From an uncultured Gammaproteobacteria bacterium (GTDB taxonomy: Bacteria > Patescibacteriota > Patescibacteriia > UBA2591 > UBA6264), in NCBI GenBank assembly GCA_964617525.1, contig CAZTWG010000010.1:1-12259 (forward strand): a stretch of DNA of 12,259 nt, read 5' to 3'. The position numbers and the translations under genes were made by a program. Below are positions 1 to 6,781 of this stretch, in pieces (positions within the stretch are counted from its first letter, which is position 1; each line of letters opens with the position of its first letter). Under the pieces are notes generated by a model. The model was not told the DNA's origin. It saw only the letters and a program-made list of their open reading frames with translations, and searched no databases.

Positions 1-2
1 AA

Positions 3-1109
3 ATAGCGGTTAAGCCAAAAAGAGCATCGCGCTTTAAATGGTCAGAAGAAGCTTCTCAGAAATTGATAAGAAAGGGTAAACAAAGGGGCTTTATAACCCA
101 AAATGAAATACTTTATGCTTTCCCTAGAGTTGAAAAATTTTTGGTAGAGTACGAAGAGTTTTTGGAGTCTCTTGAAAAGATGGGAATTCAAATAGTTGAA
201 TCTACCAAAAACTTATTAGGCTCTGAAGGAGAAAAGAAAGAAAAGGGGGGAGAGTTATTCTTTGATTTAACTAAACTTTCAGCCGATTCTATCCAAATGT
301 ATCTTAAAGAAATTGGACATATTCCTTTAATTAACTCAGAAGAAGAGGTGGTTTTGGCTAAAAAAAAGGACGAAGGAGACAAACAATCAGCAATGAGGCT
401 AATAGAAGCCAATTTACGTTTAGTGGTTAGTATTGCTAAAAAATTTGTTGGTTATGGTTTAACTTTTTTAGATTTGATCCAAGAGGGTAATATTGGTTTG
501 TTTAGGGCAGTAGAAAAATATGATTGGAAAAGGGGATATAAGTTTTCTACTTATGCTACTTGGTGGATTAGACAGGCAATTATTAGGTCTTTGGCAGACC
601 AATCTCGTACTATTCGCATTCCAGTTCATGTGGTTGAAATTTTGGGTAAATTCCACGGAGCGGATCGTTATTTATTGCAACAATTGGGACGTCGCCCCAC
701 TCCAGAAGAAATAGCTGCCGAATTAGAGGTTAAAGCTGATGAAGCTAGATATTTGATGAAAATATCACAGGATGTTATTTCTCTTGAAACCACAATTGGA
801 GGGGATGATGATGGCAAAGAATCAGAATTGGTTGATTTTATAGAAGATGTTAAAACAATGGCTCCAGATAGAGCTGCGGCCTTAATGTTGTTGCGCAGAT
901 ATATCAAGGAAATTATAGTTGACCTTTCTCCACGAGAGCAAAAGATCTTGGATATTAGGTTTGGATTATCAGATGGAGTAGCTCATACATTAGAAGAGGT
1001 CGGTAGAGTTTTTAATGTTACTAGAGAAAGGATCAGACAGATTGAGGCTAGGGCACTAGAAAGAATTAGACAATTAAAAGGAATTAAAAAAATTGAAGAT
1101 TATTACTAA
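3..1109 (+). CDS. rpoD: RNA polymerase primary sigma factor (sigma-70/RpoD family), 5' end outside the window
   Basis: The frame of ORF 63..1109 stays open back to nt 3 (..[17 protein letters not shown]..), so the TTG at 63 is an ORF-caller artefact. Region 1.2-like [11 protein letters not shown] and [16 protein letters not shown]. Region 2: [47 protein letters not shown]. Region 3: [12 protein letters not shown]. Region 4.2 HTH: [28 protein letters not shown]. Confidence 0.93.
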   Translation: MAVKPKRASRFKWSEEASQKLIRKGKQRGFITQNEILYAFPRVEKFLVEYEEFLESLEKMGIQIVESTKNLLGSEGEKKEKGGELFFDLTKLSADSIQMYLKEIGHIPLINSEEEVVLAKKKDEGDKQSAMRLIEANLRLVVSIAKKFVGYGLTFLDLIQEGNIGLFRAVEKYDWKRGYKFSTYATWWIRQAIIRSLADQSRTIRIPVHVVEILGKFHGADRYLLQQLGRRPTPEEIAAELEVKADEARYLMKISQDVISLETTIGGDDDGKESELVDFIEDVKTMAPDRAAALMLLRRYIKEIIVDLSPREQKILDIRFGLSDGVAHTLEEVGRVFNVTRERIRQIEARALERIRQLKGIKKIEDYY

Positions 1110-1166
1110 AAAGGAATTTTACTTTTTACGGTTTTTGTGTTAATATAATTTTTAGTTAGAATACAA

Positions 1167-1242
1167 TCCGGAGTAGCTCAGGGGTCAGAGCAATTGGCTG
1201 TTAACCAATTTGTCGGCGGTTCGAATCCGCCCTCCGGAGCCA
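1167..1242 (+). tRNA. tRNA-Asn (anticodon GTT), CCA encoded
   Basis: Acceptor stem TCCGGAG (1167-1173) pairs with CTCCGGA (1232-1238). D-arm GCTCAGGGGTCAGAGC. Anticodon stem ATTGG/CCAAT with loop CTGTTAA (GTT). T-arm GGCGGTTCGAATCCGCC. Discriminator G followed by CCA. Confidence 0.92.
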
Positions 1243-1252
1243 ACGTGAACGA

Positions 1253-1276
1253 ACAGAGGTTAATGCCTCTGTTTTG
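1253..1276 (+). terminator. Intrinsic terminator after tRNA-Asn
   Basis: Stem ACAGAGG (1253-1259) / CCTCTGT (1266-1272), loop TTAATG, followed by a T-run. Confidence 0.6.
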
Positions 1277-1295
1277 CCTTATTTAGGGGGATAAC

Positions 1296-1453
1296 GGTGT
1301 CAGGTCCCTTTTATTTTTTTCTTTTTCCGAAGAGATATAAGGTTTTATATTGTGTCTCTTTATTGAATTTTGTTTTATTTATTTTTAAAACATGCTATGC
1401 TGAAAGTGGGTTAGTGCCTTGGAATGACCCAGAAAATATACCTGACACCTTTT
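1296..1453 (+). mobile_element. MITE-like, internally deleted relic of the RAYT/REP unit seen at 3008..3298
   Basis: Left end 1298-1317 (TGTCAGGTCCCTTTTATTTT) is identical to 3009-3028. Right end 1439-1453 (TACCTGACACCTTTT) is identical to 3284-3298. The ends are inverted (GGTGTCAGGT / ACCTGACACC). The interior 3' part (..TGGGTTAG..CCTTGGAATGACCCAGAAAATA) aligns with the transposase C-terminal coding DNA at 3237-3283. ORF 1297..1503 is read-through of this relic. Confidence 0.6.
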
Positions 1454-1475
1454 CTACTGAAAGCATATTTTTTCT

Positions 1476-1504
1476 TTGCGGGGAGTTGTATTATGTCGTA
1501 TAAT
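1476..1504 (+). promoter_or_regulatory. Sigma-70-type promoter candidate for the 1544 gene
   Basis: TTGCGG (1476-1481), 17-nt spacer, TATAAT (1499-1504), about 40 nt upstream of the ATG at 1544. Confidence 0.4.
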
Positions 1505-1543
1505 AAAGCATAATATAACTAGTTCTCGTTTTAATATAACTTT

Positions 1544-2329
1544 ATGTTTAAGTTAAATTTTAAAATTAATAAGATTTATCTTTATGCCCAGATTATCAAG
1601 CAGGCTAAATTTTTAGGCAAACAGGGCGAAACCTTAGAAAATCGTTTATGGGAAAAGTCTAAAATCGTTTACTCTATGATTTCAGGGATTTGTTATGATA
1701 GGGTTGCATCAAATATCACCGTAAAAAATTCAACAATTAAGAGTTTTTCGAAAAATTTGAGCAAAAATATTGAGTTAATCAGAGAAATATTGGATCAAGA
1801 ATTGAATTCCATAGAGTTTATAGAGATATATAAAGAGACAGAAAATTACAAGAAAGAGACAAAAAAACAATGGGAAAAAAATAGAGAACTGAGTTTAAAA
1901 CACTTAAGAGACATCACTGGATTAAAATTGTTAAATGCAACGTTGTCTGTCTATTTGGTTCATCCTTCATTGCATGATGGAAGATATTGGGGGGACAACA
2001 TTATCACATGGGGGCATAGAGAGAATTGGAAAAATTATACTACCGTATATCTATGCCATGAAATAATGCATTTTTTGACTAAAGATTATACCGGCGATAA
2101 AAAGTCGCTTCACGCATTAATTGAACTTGCATGTGATAATGAATTACGCATTAGACTGAATCAAAGTGGCAAGTACTTTCGAGAAGGTAAATTTAGAATT
2201 GGACATGAATCTTTGCAAAAACTAGAAAAGAAGATTTTACCACAATGGCGTCAATATCTTCAGGATAGAAAGAGAGGAAAATTAGATATTCTTGATTTAA
2301 GCAAAGAATTAGATAGCATGACTAGTTGA
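1544..2329 (+). CDS. Hypothetical protein with HExxH motif (putative gluzincin-like Zn-metallopeptidase fold)
   Basis: 261-aa ORF with VYLCHEIMHF (HExxH) and a Glu 22 residues after the first His (SLHALIELACDNE), a spacing typical of a third zinc ligand in gluzincins. No signal peptide or TM helix. I do not recognise a family. Confidence 0.55.
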   Translation: MFKLNFKINKIYLYAQIIKQAKFLGKQGETLENRLWEKSKIVYSMISGICYDRVASNITVKNSTIKSFSKNLSKNIELIREILDQELNSIEFIEIYKETENYKKETKKQWEKNRELSLKHLRDITGLKLLNATLSVYLVHPSLHDGRYWGDNIITWGHRENWKNYTTVYLCHEIMHFLTKDYTGDKKSLHALIELACDNELRIRLNQSGKYFREGKFRIGHESLQKLEKKILPQWRQYLQDRKRGKLDILDLSKELDSMTS

Positions 2330-2472
2330 GAAAATGCACAGAAAATGTCTTGGGACCTTTTTATAGTGTTTCATCCCATAATTATGCTCAAGTATTTGTT
2401 TATCCAATTTTTGTATATTTATTATTTTTTGAACAGGTTTCAGGGTCATGCCACATAGAGAGCTAACACAAG

Positions 2473-2498
2473 AATCGCTTATAGAGCGGTTGTTTTTT
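2473..2498 (+). terminator. Orphan intrinsic terminator, about 145 nt downstream of the 1544..2329 stop
   Basis: Stem AATCGCT (2473-2479) / AGCGGTT (2485-2491), 7 bp including one G-U pair, loop TATAG, then GTTTTTT. Confidence 0.5.
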
Positions 2499-2757
2499 AT
2501 CTCAAGACGAATATTCTAACCTTTTATAATAATTTTGTTGTGGTATGATGTAAGATACATTAATTTGGTTATATCTATGAATTTTTAATTTCAAGCTTTG
2601 CTTCTAATAAAAATATGAAGGTTTTGTCACCGATAACTTAAAGGAGAAATTTTGATGTAATGATTAAATATGAAAATGTTGGAAACTCAGTCGAACTAAC
2701 TTAAATCTTTATTTAATAAATGGAATATTAGTTAATAAAATAATTTTTGCTATTTTT

Positions 2758-2958
2758 ATGGATGAGGAAATAAAAAAACGTTTTGATTTACAAGACGAGT
2801 TATTGAGAAAAATTTATATTTCAGTTGAAAAAACACGTAAATATTTTTTAACTAGCACAATTATTACAATCGTGACAATTGTTTTGCCTTTAATTATTTT
2901 AGCTTTTATACTGCCTTGGTTCATAAAGACTTATATGTCATCTTTTGGGGTTCTTTAA
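2758..2958 (+). CDS. Small hypothetical membrane protein (one C-terminal TM helix)
   Basis: 66-aa ORF with a charged N-terminal half and a hydrophobic stretch FLTSTIITIVTIVLPLIILAFILPWFI. No recognisable family, so coding status is uncertain. Confidence 0.35.
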   Translation: MDEEIKKRFDLQDELLRKIYISVEKTRKYFLTSTIITIVTIVLPLIILAFILPWFIKTYMSSFGVL

Positions 2959-3007
2959 TAGAAACTTTCAAAGTGGTATAATAATTATGAAGAATAATGG
3001 TGGAAAA

Positions 3008-3298
3008 ATGTCAGGTCCCTTTTATTTTAAATTAGGTATATAATAAATATATGGGTCGAGTAGCAAGAATTGATATCGCTAATGAAATATATCATGTTTT
3101 AAATCGTGCCAATGTGCACATGACTGTTTTTAACAAAAATAAAGATTTTAGAGAGTTTGAGGAAATAATAGAAGAATCAATTATTAAAAGCAAACCCTTA
3201 GGAGATAGTAGTTTGGCCAAAAAAGTTGTTGACAAATTTGGGCTAGAGATGACAATGAGAAACCCTGGTAGACCCCAAGAAGGTACCTGACACCTTTT
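3008..3298 (+). mobile_element. Decayed RAYT-type unit: remnant transposase gene flanked by inverted REP-like ends
   Basis: Left end AATGTCAGGTCCC (3007-3019) and right end GGTACCTGACACC (3282-3294) are inverted copies of one motif (core TGTCAGGT / ACCTGACA). The right end also folds locally (AAGGT-ACCTGAC-ACCTT). Confidence 0.6.
3051..3290 (+). pseudogene. Internally deleted IS200-like/REP-associated tyrosine transposase (Y1/HUH family) remnant
   Basis: The N-terminus MGRVARIDIANEIYHVLNRANVHMTVFNKNKDFREFEEII matches the conserved start of COG1943-type transposases (..G.IYHV.NRGN...IF.dd.D...F..). The C-terminus PLGDSSLAKKVVDKFGLEMTMRNPGRPQEG matches their ..GS.EFv.kv....G......r.GRPkk tail. 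The catalytic middle (HUH motif, Tyr helix; roughly 100+ aa) is absent. Confidence 0.6.
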
Positions 3299-3310
3299 TA
3301 TCACATCACT

Positions 3311-4042
3311 ATGAATATGAAAAAGATCATTATTGCTGTATGCTTATTATTTTTATTAATATCGTCCGAGATTGCTTTTGCGGCCGACGCTCTTTATAGA
3401 ATGTTGCATGCAGATGAAATTCAATCGTTCAAGAAAGACCAAGATGCCATGATTGTTGGACAGTTGATTGATAAACAGAGAGATAAGTTCACTGTAAAAG
3501 TTCTAAAGGTAATCAGCGGAAAAGTGAAGTCAGACACAATATTAGTTCCTGATGATTTTAATTATGGTTGGGGTCAAACAGAGTTAACGCCTGCAGTAAA
3601 TGATTTTTGTGTTATGTCCCTCAAGAGGTTTGGCAATTATTATAAAAAAGCATGGGGGATATTTAAGGCCGATAGTGGAGATTACAAGACCTTAAAACTA
3701 ACTACAAAAAATGTTCCATCTTCAGGACTAATGGGAGACTTTGCTTGTATAGAATGGTATGTAAACTCAGGAGGTGCTGAAAACGATTTTTTCTTTAATA
3801 GTGGGACTGCTTATGCAATACGTCCAAACGGTCAGAGCACCCAAATCTATCCTAAATCAACAACGGATGCAGATACTACAACGACAAGTGGTGCAACCCA
3901 AGCTCAGGAGATAACGATAGCAAAAGATAAAATCAGTGATGTAGATTCAAGTTCAAAACTATCTAGCTTTTTGATAGTTGTTATTATTATGATTGGCATA
4001 ATAGCTGTAGTTTATTTGAAACCACGGGAAAAAGTTAAATAG
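3311..4042 (+). CDS. Secreted, C-terminally membrane-anchored hypothetical protein
   Basis: Signal peptide MNMKKIIIAVCLLFLLISSEIAFA-AD, a Thr/Ser-rich linker (TTDADTTTTSGATQAQ), and a C-terminal TM helix FLIVVIIMIGIIAVVYL followed by KPREKVK. No LPxTG motif. Confidence 0.7.
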   Translation: MNMKKIIIAVCLLFLLISSEIAFAADALYRMLHADEIQSFKKDQDAMIVGQLIDKQRDKFTVKVLKVISGKVKSDTILVPDDFNYGWGQTELTPAVNDFCVMSLKRFGNYYKKAWGIFKADSGDYKTLKLTTKNVPSSGLMGDFACIEWYVNSGGAENDFFFNSGTAYAIRPNGQSTQIYPKSTTDADTTTTSGATQAQEITIAKDKISDVDSSSKLSSFLIVVIIMIGIIAVVYLKPREKVK

Positions 4043-4090
4043 ATAAAAACTTCGCCTAACAGCGGACATATGGCTCCATTATGCCTCCCG

Positions 4091-4309
4091 CGAATTCCCT
4101 CACTTTGTCCGTCGAGAACTTTGAAATTAAATATTATATTATAAATATTAATGTAATTTAATTAGAAGAACCTGCTCACTGCGTTCGCAGAACCTTGTAA
4201 TTAAATTTATCTTATAAATATTAATGTAATTTAATTAGAAGAACCTGCTCACTGCGTTCGCAGAACCTTGTAATTAAATTTATCTTATAAATATTAATGT
4301 AATTTAATT
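4091..4309 (+). repeat. Three tandem 73-bp units (4091-4163 diverged; 4164-4236 and 4237-4309 identical) ending at the rbr start codon
   Basis: Unit: AGAAGAACC + core TGCTCACTGCGTTCGCAG + AACCTTGTAATTAAATTTATCTTATAAATATTAATGTAATTTAATT. Period is 73 bp by direct counting. The last unit abuts the ATG at 4310. It contains TTGTAA plus an A/T-rich -10-like block. Confidence 0.9.
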
Positions 4310-4882
4310 ATGGAAAAAACAATAAAAAATTTAACAAAAGCATTTATTGGCGAAAGCCAAGCAAGAAACCGTTATACAATGTATGCTAAAATTGCCAAGA
4401 AAGAAGGTTATGAAGAAATATCAGCTAATTTTGCGTTAACAGCTGACCAAGAAACAGAGCATGCCAAATGGTTAATGAGAATGATTAATCAATTAAAGAA
4501 TGACAATTCAGAGTATGACGAAATTATTGTTGAGGCAGGCGCCCCAACAATATTGAAAGATACGAAAGCAAATTTAAAAGCAGCAATTGCAGGAGAAAAT
4601 TATGAACATACAATTATGTATCCGGAGTTTGCCAACACAGCAGAAGAAGAAGGTTTCTCAGATATTGCGAATAGACTAAGGGCTATTGCTAAAGCAGAAG
4701 TTAATCACGAAGATAGATACAAGAGATTTCTAGAAGCATTAGAAAGTAGTTCAGTGTTTGAAAAGGAAGAAGAAGTGATTTGGGTTTGTCGAAAATGTGG
4801 ATATATTCACAAGGGAAGGCAAGCTCCTGGTAAATGTCCTTCTTGTGGGCATCCTCAGGCATATTTTGAAGTTAAAAAATAA
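4310..4882 (+). CDS. rbr: Rubrerythrin (ferritin-like diiron domain plus C-terminal rubredoxin-like domain)
   Basis: AFIGESQARNRYTMYAKIAKKEGY, ETEHAKW, GENYEHT and AEVNHEDRY (E/ExxH diiron ligands). C-terminal CRKCGYIH..x..CPSCGHP (CxxC-x12-CxxC). Confidence 0.93.
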   Translation: MEKTIKNLTKAFIGESQARNRYTMYAKIAKKEGYEEISANFALTADQETEHAKWLMRMINQLKNDNSEYDEIIVEAGAPTILKDTKANLKAAIAGENYEHTIMYPEFANTAEEEGFSDIANRLRAIAKAEVNHEDRYKRFLEALESSSVFEKEEEVIWVCRKCGYIHKGRQAPGKCPSCGHPQAYFEVKK

Positions 4883-4894
4883 TAATAAGTAAAT

Positions 4895-5347
4895 ATGACC
4901 TACCAACACACCCAAACTGGTCGTTTGATGATATTTGTTTCACTTGCTGTAGTATTATTGTTCGGTAATATTTTATTAAACACAAAAATTAATACTTTTA
5001 TTTTTGTTGAAATGTTTGTAATTCTAGGTATTTTGGTCTCCTTTTGCTCTCTTAATGTAATGATTGATGAAGAATATTTACGAATTAAATTTGGATATGG
5101 TATATTTAAAAAACGTTTCGCCATTAAAGAAATAATTTCAGCAAAAATAGTAAAAAATCATTGGTACTATGGATGGGGAATAAGATATTGTTTAGCGCCT
5201 CCTATGTGGATTTACAATGTTTCTGGTCTTGATGCAGTTGAAATAAAGACACAAGATGGCGAAATATACAGAATAGGCACAGATAAGCCAGAAAATTTAG
5301 AATATGCTATTATTCAGGCAATTAAAGAGTCTAGTAAAAATAAATAA
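4895..5347 (+). CDS. Hypothetical membrane protein (two N-terminal TM helices plus a soluble C-terminal domain)
   Basis: 150-aa ORF starting 12 nt after the rbr stop, so probably co-transcribed. TM helices LMIFVSLAVVLLFGNILL and IFVEMFVILGILVSFCSL. The C-terminal beta-rich domain (EYLRIKFGYGIFKKRFAIKEI..VEIKTQDGEIYRIG) could be bacterial-PH-like; that is tentative. Confidence 0.6.
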   Translation: MTYQHTQTGRLMIFVSLAVVLLFGNILLNTKINTFIFVEMFVILGILVSFCSLNVMIDEEYLRIKFGYGIFKKRFAIKEIISAKIVKNHWYYGWGIRYCLAPPMWIYNVSGLDAVEIKTQDGEIYRIGTDKPENLEYAIIQAIKESSKNK

Positions 5348-5354
5348 CAAAATT

Positions 5355-5426
5355 AGAAGAACCCTTCGCTTCGCTCAGGAACCTTGTAATTAAATTTTAT
5401 CTTATAAATATTAATGTAATTTAATT
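5355..5426 (+). repeat. Fourth, dispersed copy of the 73-bp cassette with a different GC-rich core, ending at the start codon of the 5427 gene
   Basis: AGAAGAACC + core CTTCGCTTCGCTCAGG + AACCTTGTAATTAAATTTTATCTTATAAATATTAATGTAATTTAATT, then ATG at 5427. The flanks are near-identical to 4164-4309 (one extra T); the core is replaced. Confidence 0.88.
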
Positions 5427-6005
5427 ATGAAAAAATTAGATCTTGAAACTGCCATTGAATACCCATTCAATAGAGCAAAAGGTATGTGGAATATTTTGTG
5501 GATATTTTTACCAATCATTGGTTGGTTTGCTTTGGGGGGATATAGCGTTAGGATTGTTAAAGAATTTATTAAAGGGAAATTCAAGCAATTACCTACTTTT
5601 AAATTTAAAAATGATCTAGAATTAGGGTTCATGATGTCTATGAAATTTATTCCTTTTCTAGTGGTATACTTATTACTTCTCTCGGGCGTGGAGAATATTG
5701 CAGATTTTCTGAGCATCAAAAATCAAAAATTGTTAGTAAACTTGGTTGAGGCATTTTTAGGATTATTTATAGTTCCAACTTTAGCTATAAATTTTTTTAA
5801 TAAAGAAACAATAAGTTCTTTGTTTGAGATAGAAATATTGAAGTCTGTTTTTAATAATTTTGATGATTATGTCGTGGCTTTATTAAAGAGTATTTTGTTG
5901 AGTATAATATTTTTGGTTATGTGGATGGTCTTGGTCGGCATACCAGCTGGAACTTTCACGAAAAATATGTTTTTAGCAGATTTTTATAGAAGAAAAGTGA
6001 AATGA
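5427..6005 (+). CDS. DUF4013-like integral membrane protein
   Basis: The N-terminal pattern AIEYPF..(x)..GGYSVRIVKEFIKGKFKQLPTFKF..LELGFMMSMKF resembles the DUF4013 signature (..YP[FM]....GY.VRvi.....g....LP.F.....lf.dGlK). Followed by several TM helices. Confidence 0.55.
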   Translation: MKKLDLETAIEYPFNRAKGMWNILWIFLPIIGWFALGGYSVRIVKEFIKGKFKQLPTFKFKNDLELGFMMSMKFIPFLVVYLLLLSGVENIADFLSIKNQKLLVNLVEAFLGLFIVPTLAINFFNKETISSLFEIEILKSVFNNFDDYVVALLKSILLSIIFLVMWMVLVGIPAGTFTKNMFLADFYRRKVK

Positions 6006-6028
6006 GGGATTTTAATAATTAATATATC

Positions 6029-6652
6029 ATGAAATCAATAACAGTTTTAAGAATCGTAGAAAATATACTGAGAGGTACTTTGGTATTGGCTATTATATTA
6101 TCTATCATTGGGCATAATTGGATAGTAGTATTAGTATCATTGTTAACCTTAATATTGACTTATTTACCTTTTTGGATAAAAAGCAAGTATAAAATAAATA
6201 TACCATTAGATTTTGAATTTGCTATAATTTTATTTGTATATTTTAGTTTATTTTTAGGGGAAATAAAAGAATTTTACGAATTATTTTGGTGGTGGGACAT
6301 TATGCTTCATACGAGCTCTGCAATTGCTTTGGGGTGCATAGGTTTTATAGTAATGTTTGTTCTTAATAAGACTAATAAAGTTCGCACAAAACCTATATGG
6401 ATTGCAGTGTTTGCATTTTGTTTCGCGCTTTCAATCGGTGCAATTTGGGAAATATGTGAATTTGGTATGGACCAAATTTTTAATATTAATATGCAGAAAT
6501 CTGGATTAACTGATACAATGTGGGATTTAATTATTGATAGCATAGGAGCATTAATCGCTGCGTTAGTCGGTTATGCTTTTATGAAAGGTAAACAAATATC
6601 TTATATTGGCAAATTTATAAAATTATTTATTGAAGATAATCCTGATTTATAG
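6029..6652 (+). CDS. Polytopic membrane protein, YjdF/DUF2238-like (tentative)
   Basis: About 6 TM helices. Motif order WWDIMLH.., WEICEF.., DTMWDLIIDSIGALIAAL parallels YjdF-type D..xH / YELIEW / DTQWDM..AL.GA. Assignment is from memory of motifs only. Confidence 0.45.
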   Translation: MKSITVLRIVENILRGTLVLAIILSIIGHNWIVVLVSLLTLILTYLPFWIKSKYKINIPLDFEFAIILFVYFSLFLGEIKEFYELFWWWDIMLHTSSAIALGCIGFIVMFVLNKTNKVRTKPIWIAVFAFCFALSIGAIWEICEFGMDQIFNINMQKSGLTDTMWDLIIDSIGALIAALVGYAFMKGKQISYIGKFIKLFIEDNPDL

Positions 6653-6734
6653 TGATAAATATAGTCTAAAGAAAATACAGGTTAAATCCTTAGAAATAAA
6701 AAGTGAAATAATTTATGGATAACTTATAGATAAC

Positions 6735-6766
6735 AAAAAACCACCGTTTGAGGTGGTTTTTTGTTT
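6735..6766. terminator. Bidirectional intrinsic terminator between convergent genes
   Basis: AAAAAACCACC-GTTTGA-GGTGGTTTTTTGTTTT: a GC stem CCACC/GGTGG with an A-run on one side and a T-run on the other. It lies 16 nt beyond the csp stop and about 85 nt beyond the 6652 stop. Confidence 0.8.
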
Positions 6767-6781
6767 TATTTGAAAGTGTAA

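Noticed and set aside
188-907. Antisense and alternate-frame ORFs inside rpoD (188..412-, 468..656-, 520..714+, 668..907-)
   Set aside because: They lie entirely within a confidently identified sigma-70 gene. Their products are low-complexity (Ser/Ile/Leu-rich), typical of shadow frames in A/T-rich DNA.
1297-1503. 68-aa ORF starting at GTG inside the left repeat
   Set aside because: It reads through the MITE-like relic. Its only protein-like segment is the leftover transposase C-terminal fragment, so it is better treated as a pseudogenic remnant.
2341-2364. Possible third REP-like end (GAAAATGTCTTGGGACCTTTTTAT) just after the 1544..2329 stop
   Set aside because: It shares only ATGTC and ACCTTTTTAT with the other ends. 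The core TGTCAGGT is disrupted and there is no inverted partner, so it is too weak to call.
3092-3304. 70-aa minus-strand ORF
   Set aside because: It is antisense to the transposase remnant and has no motif of its own.
4081-4105. Possible att-like duplicate of the tRNA-Asn 3' end (CGAATTCCCTC versus CGAATCCGCCCTCC)
   Set aside because: Only a short, gapped resemblance, consistent with chance.
4091-4309. CRISPR array or integron attC interpretation of the 73-bp repeats
   Set aside because: The units are contiguous with no spacers, and a fourth copy is solitary, which rules out CRISPR. No R''/R' (RYYYAAC...GTTRRRY) inverted ends or bulged attC-type stem could be found, and the units sit upstream of ORFs rather than downstream.
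4900-6543. Minus-strand ORFs 4900..5124, 5411..5719 and 6307..6543
   Set aside because: They are antisense to plausible membrane-protein genes. They also lack the A/T-tract start context seen at the accepted genes.
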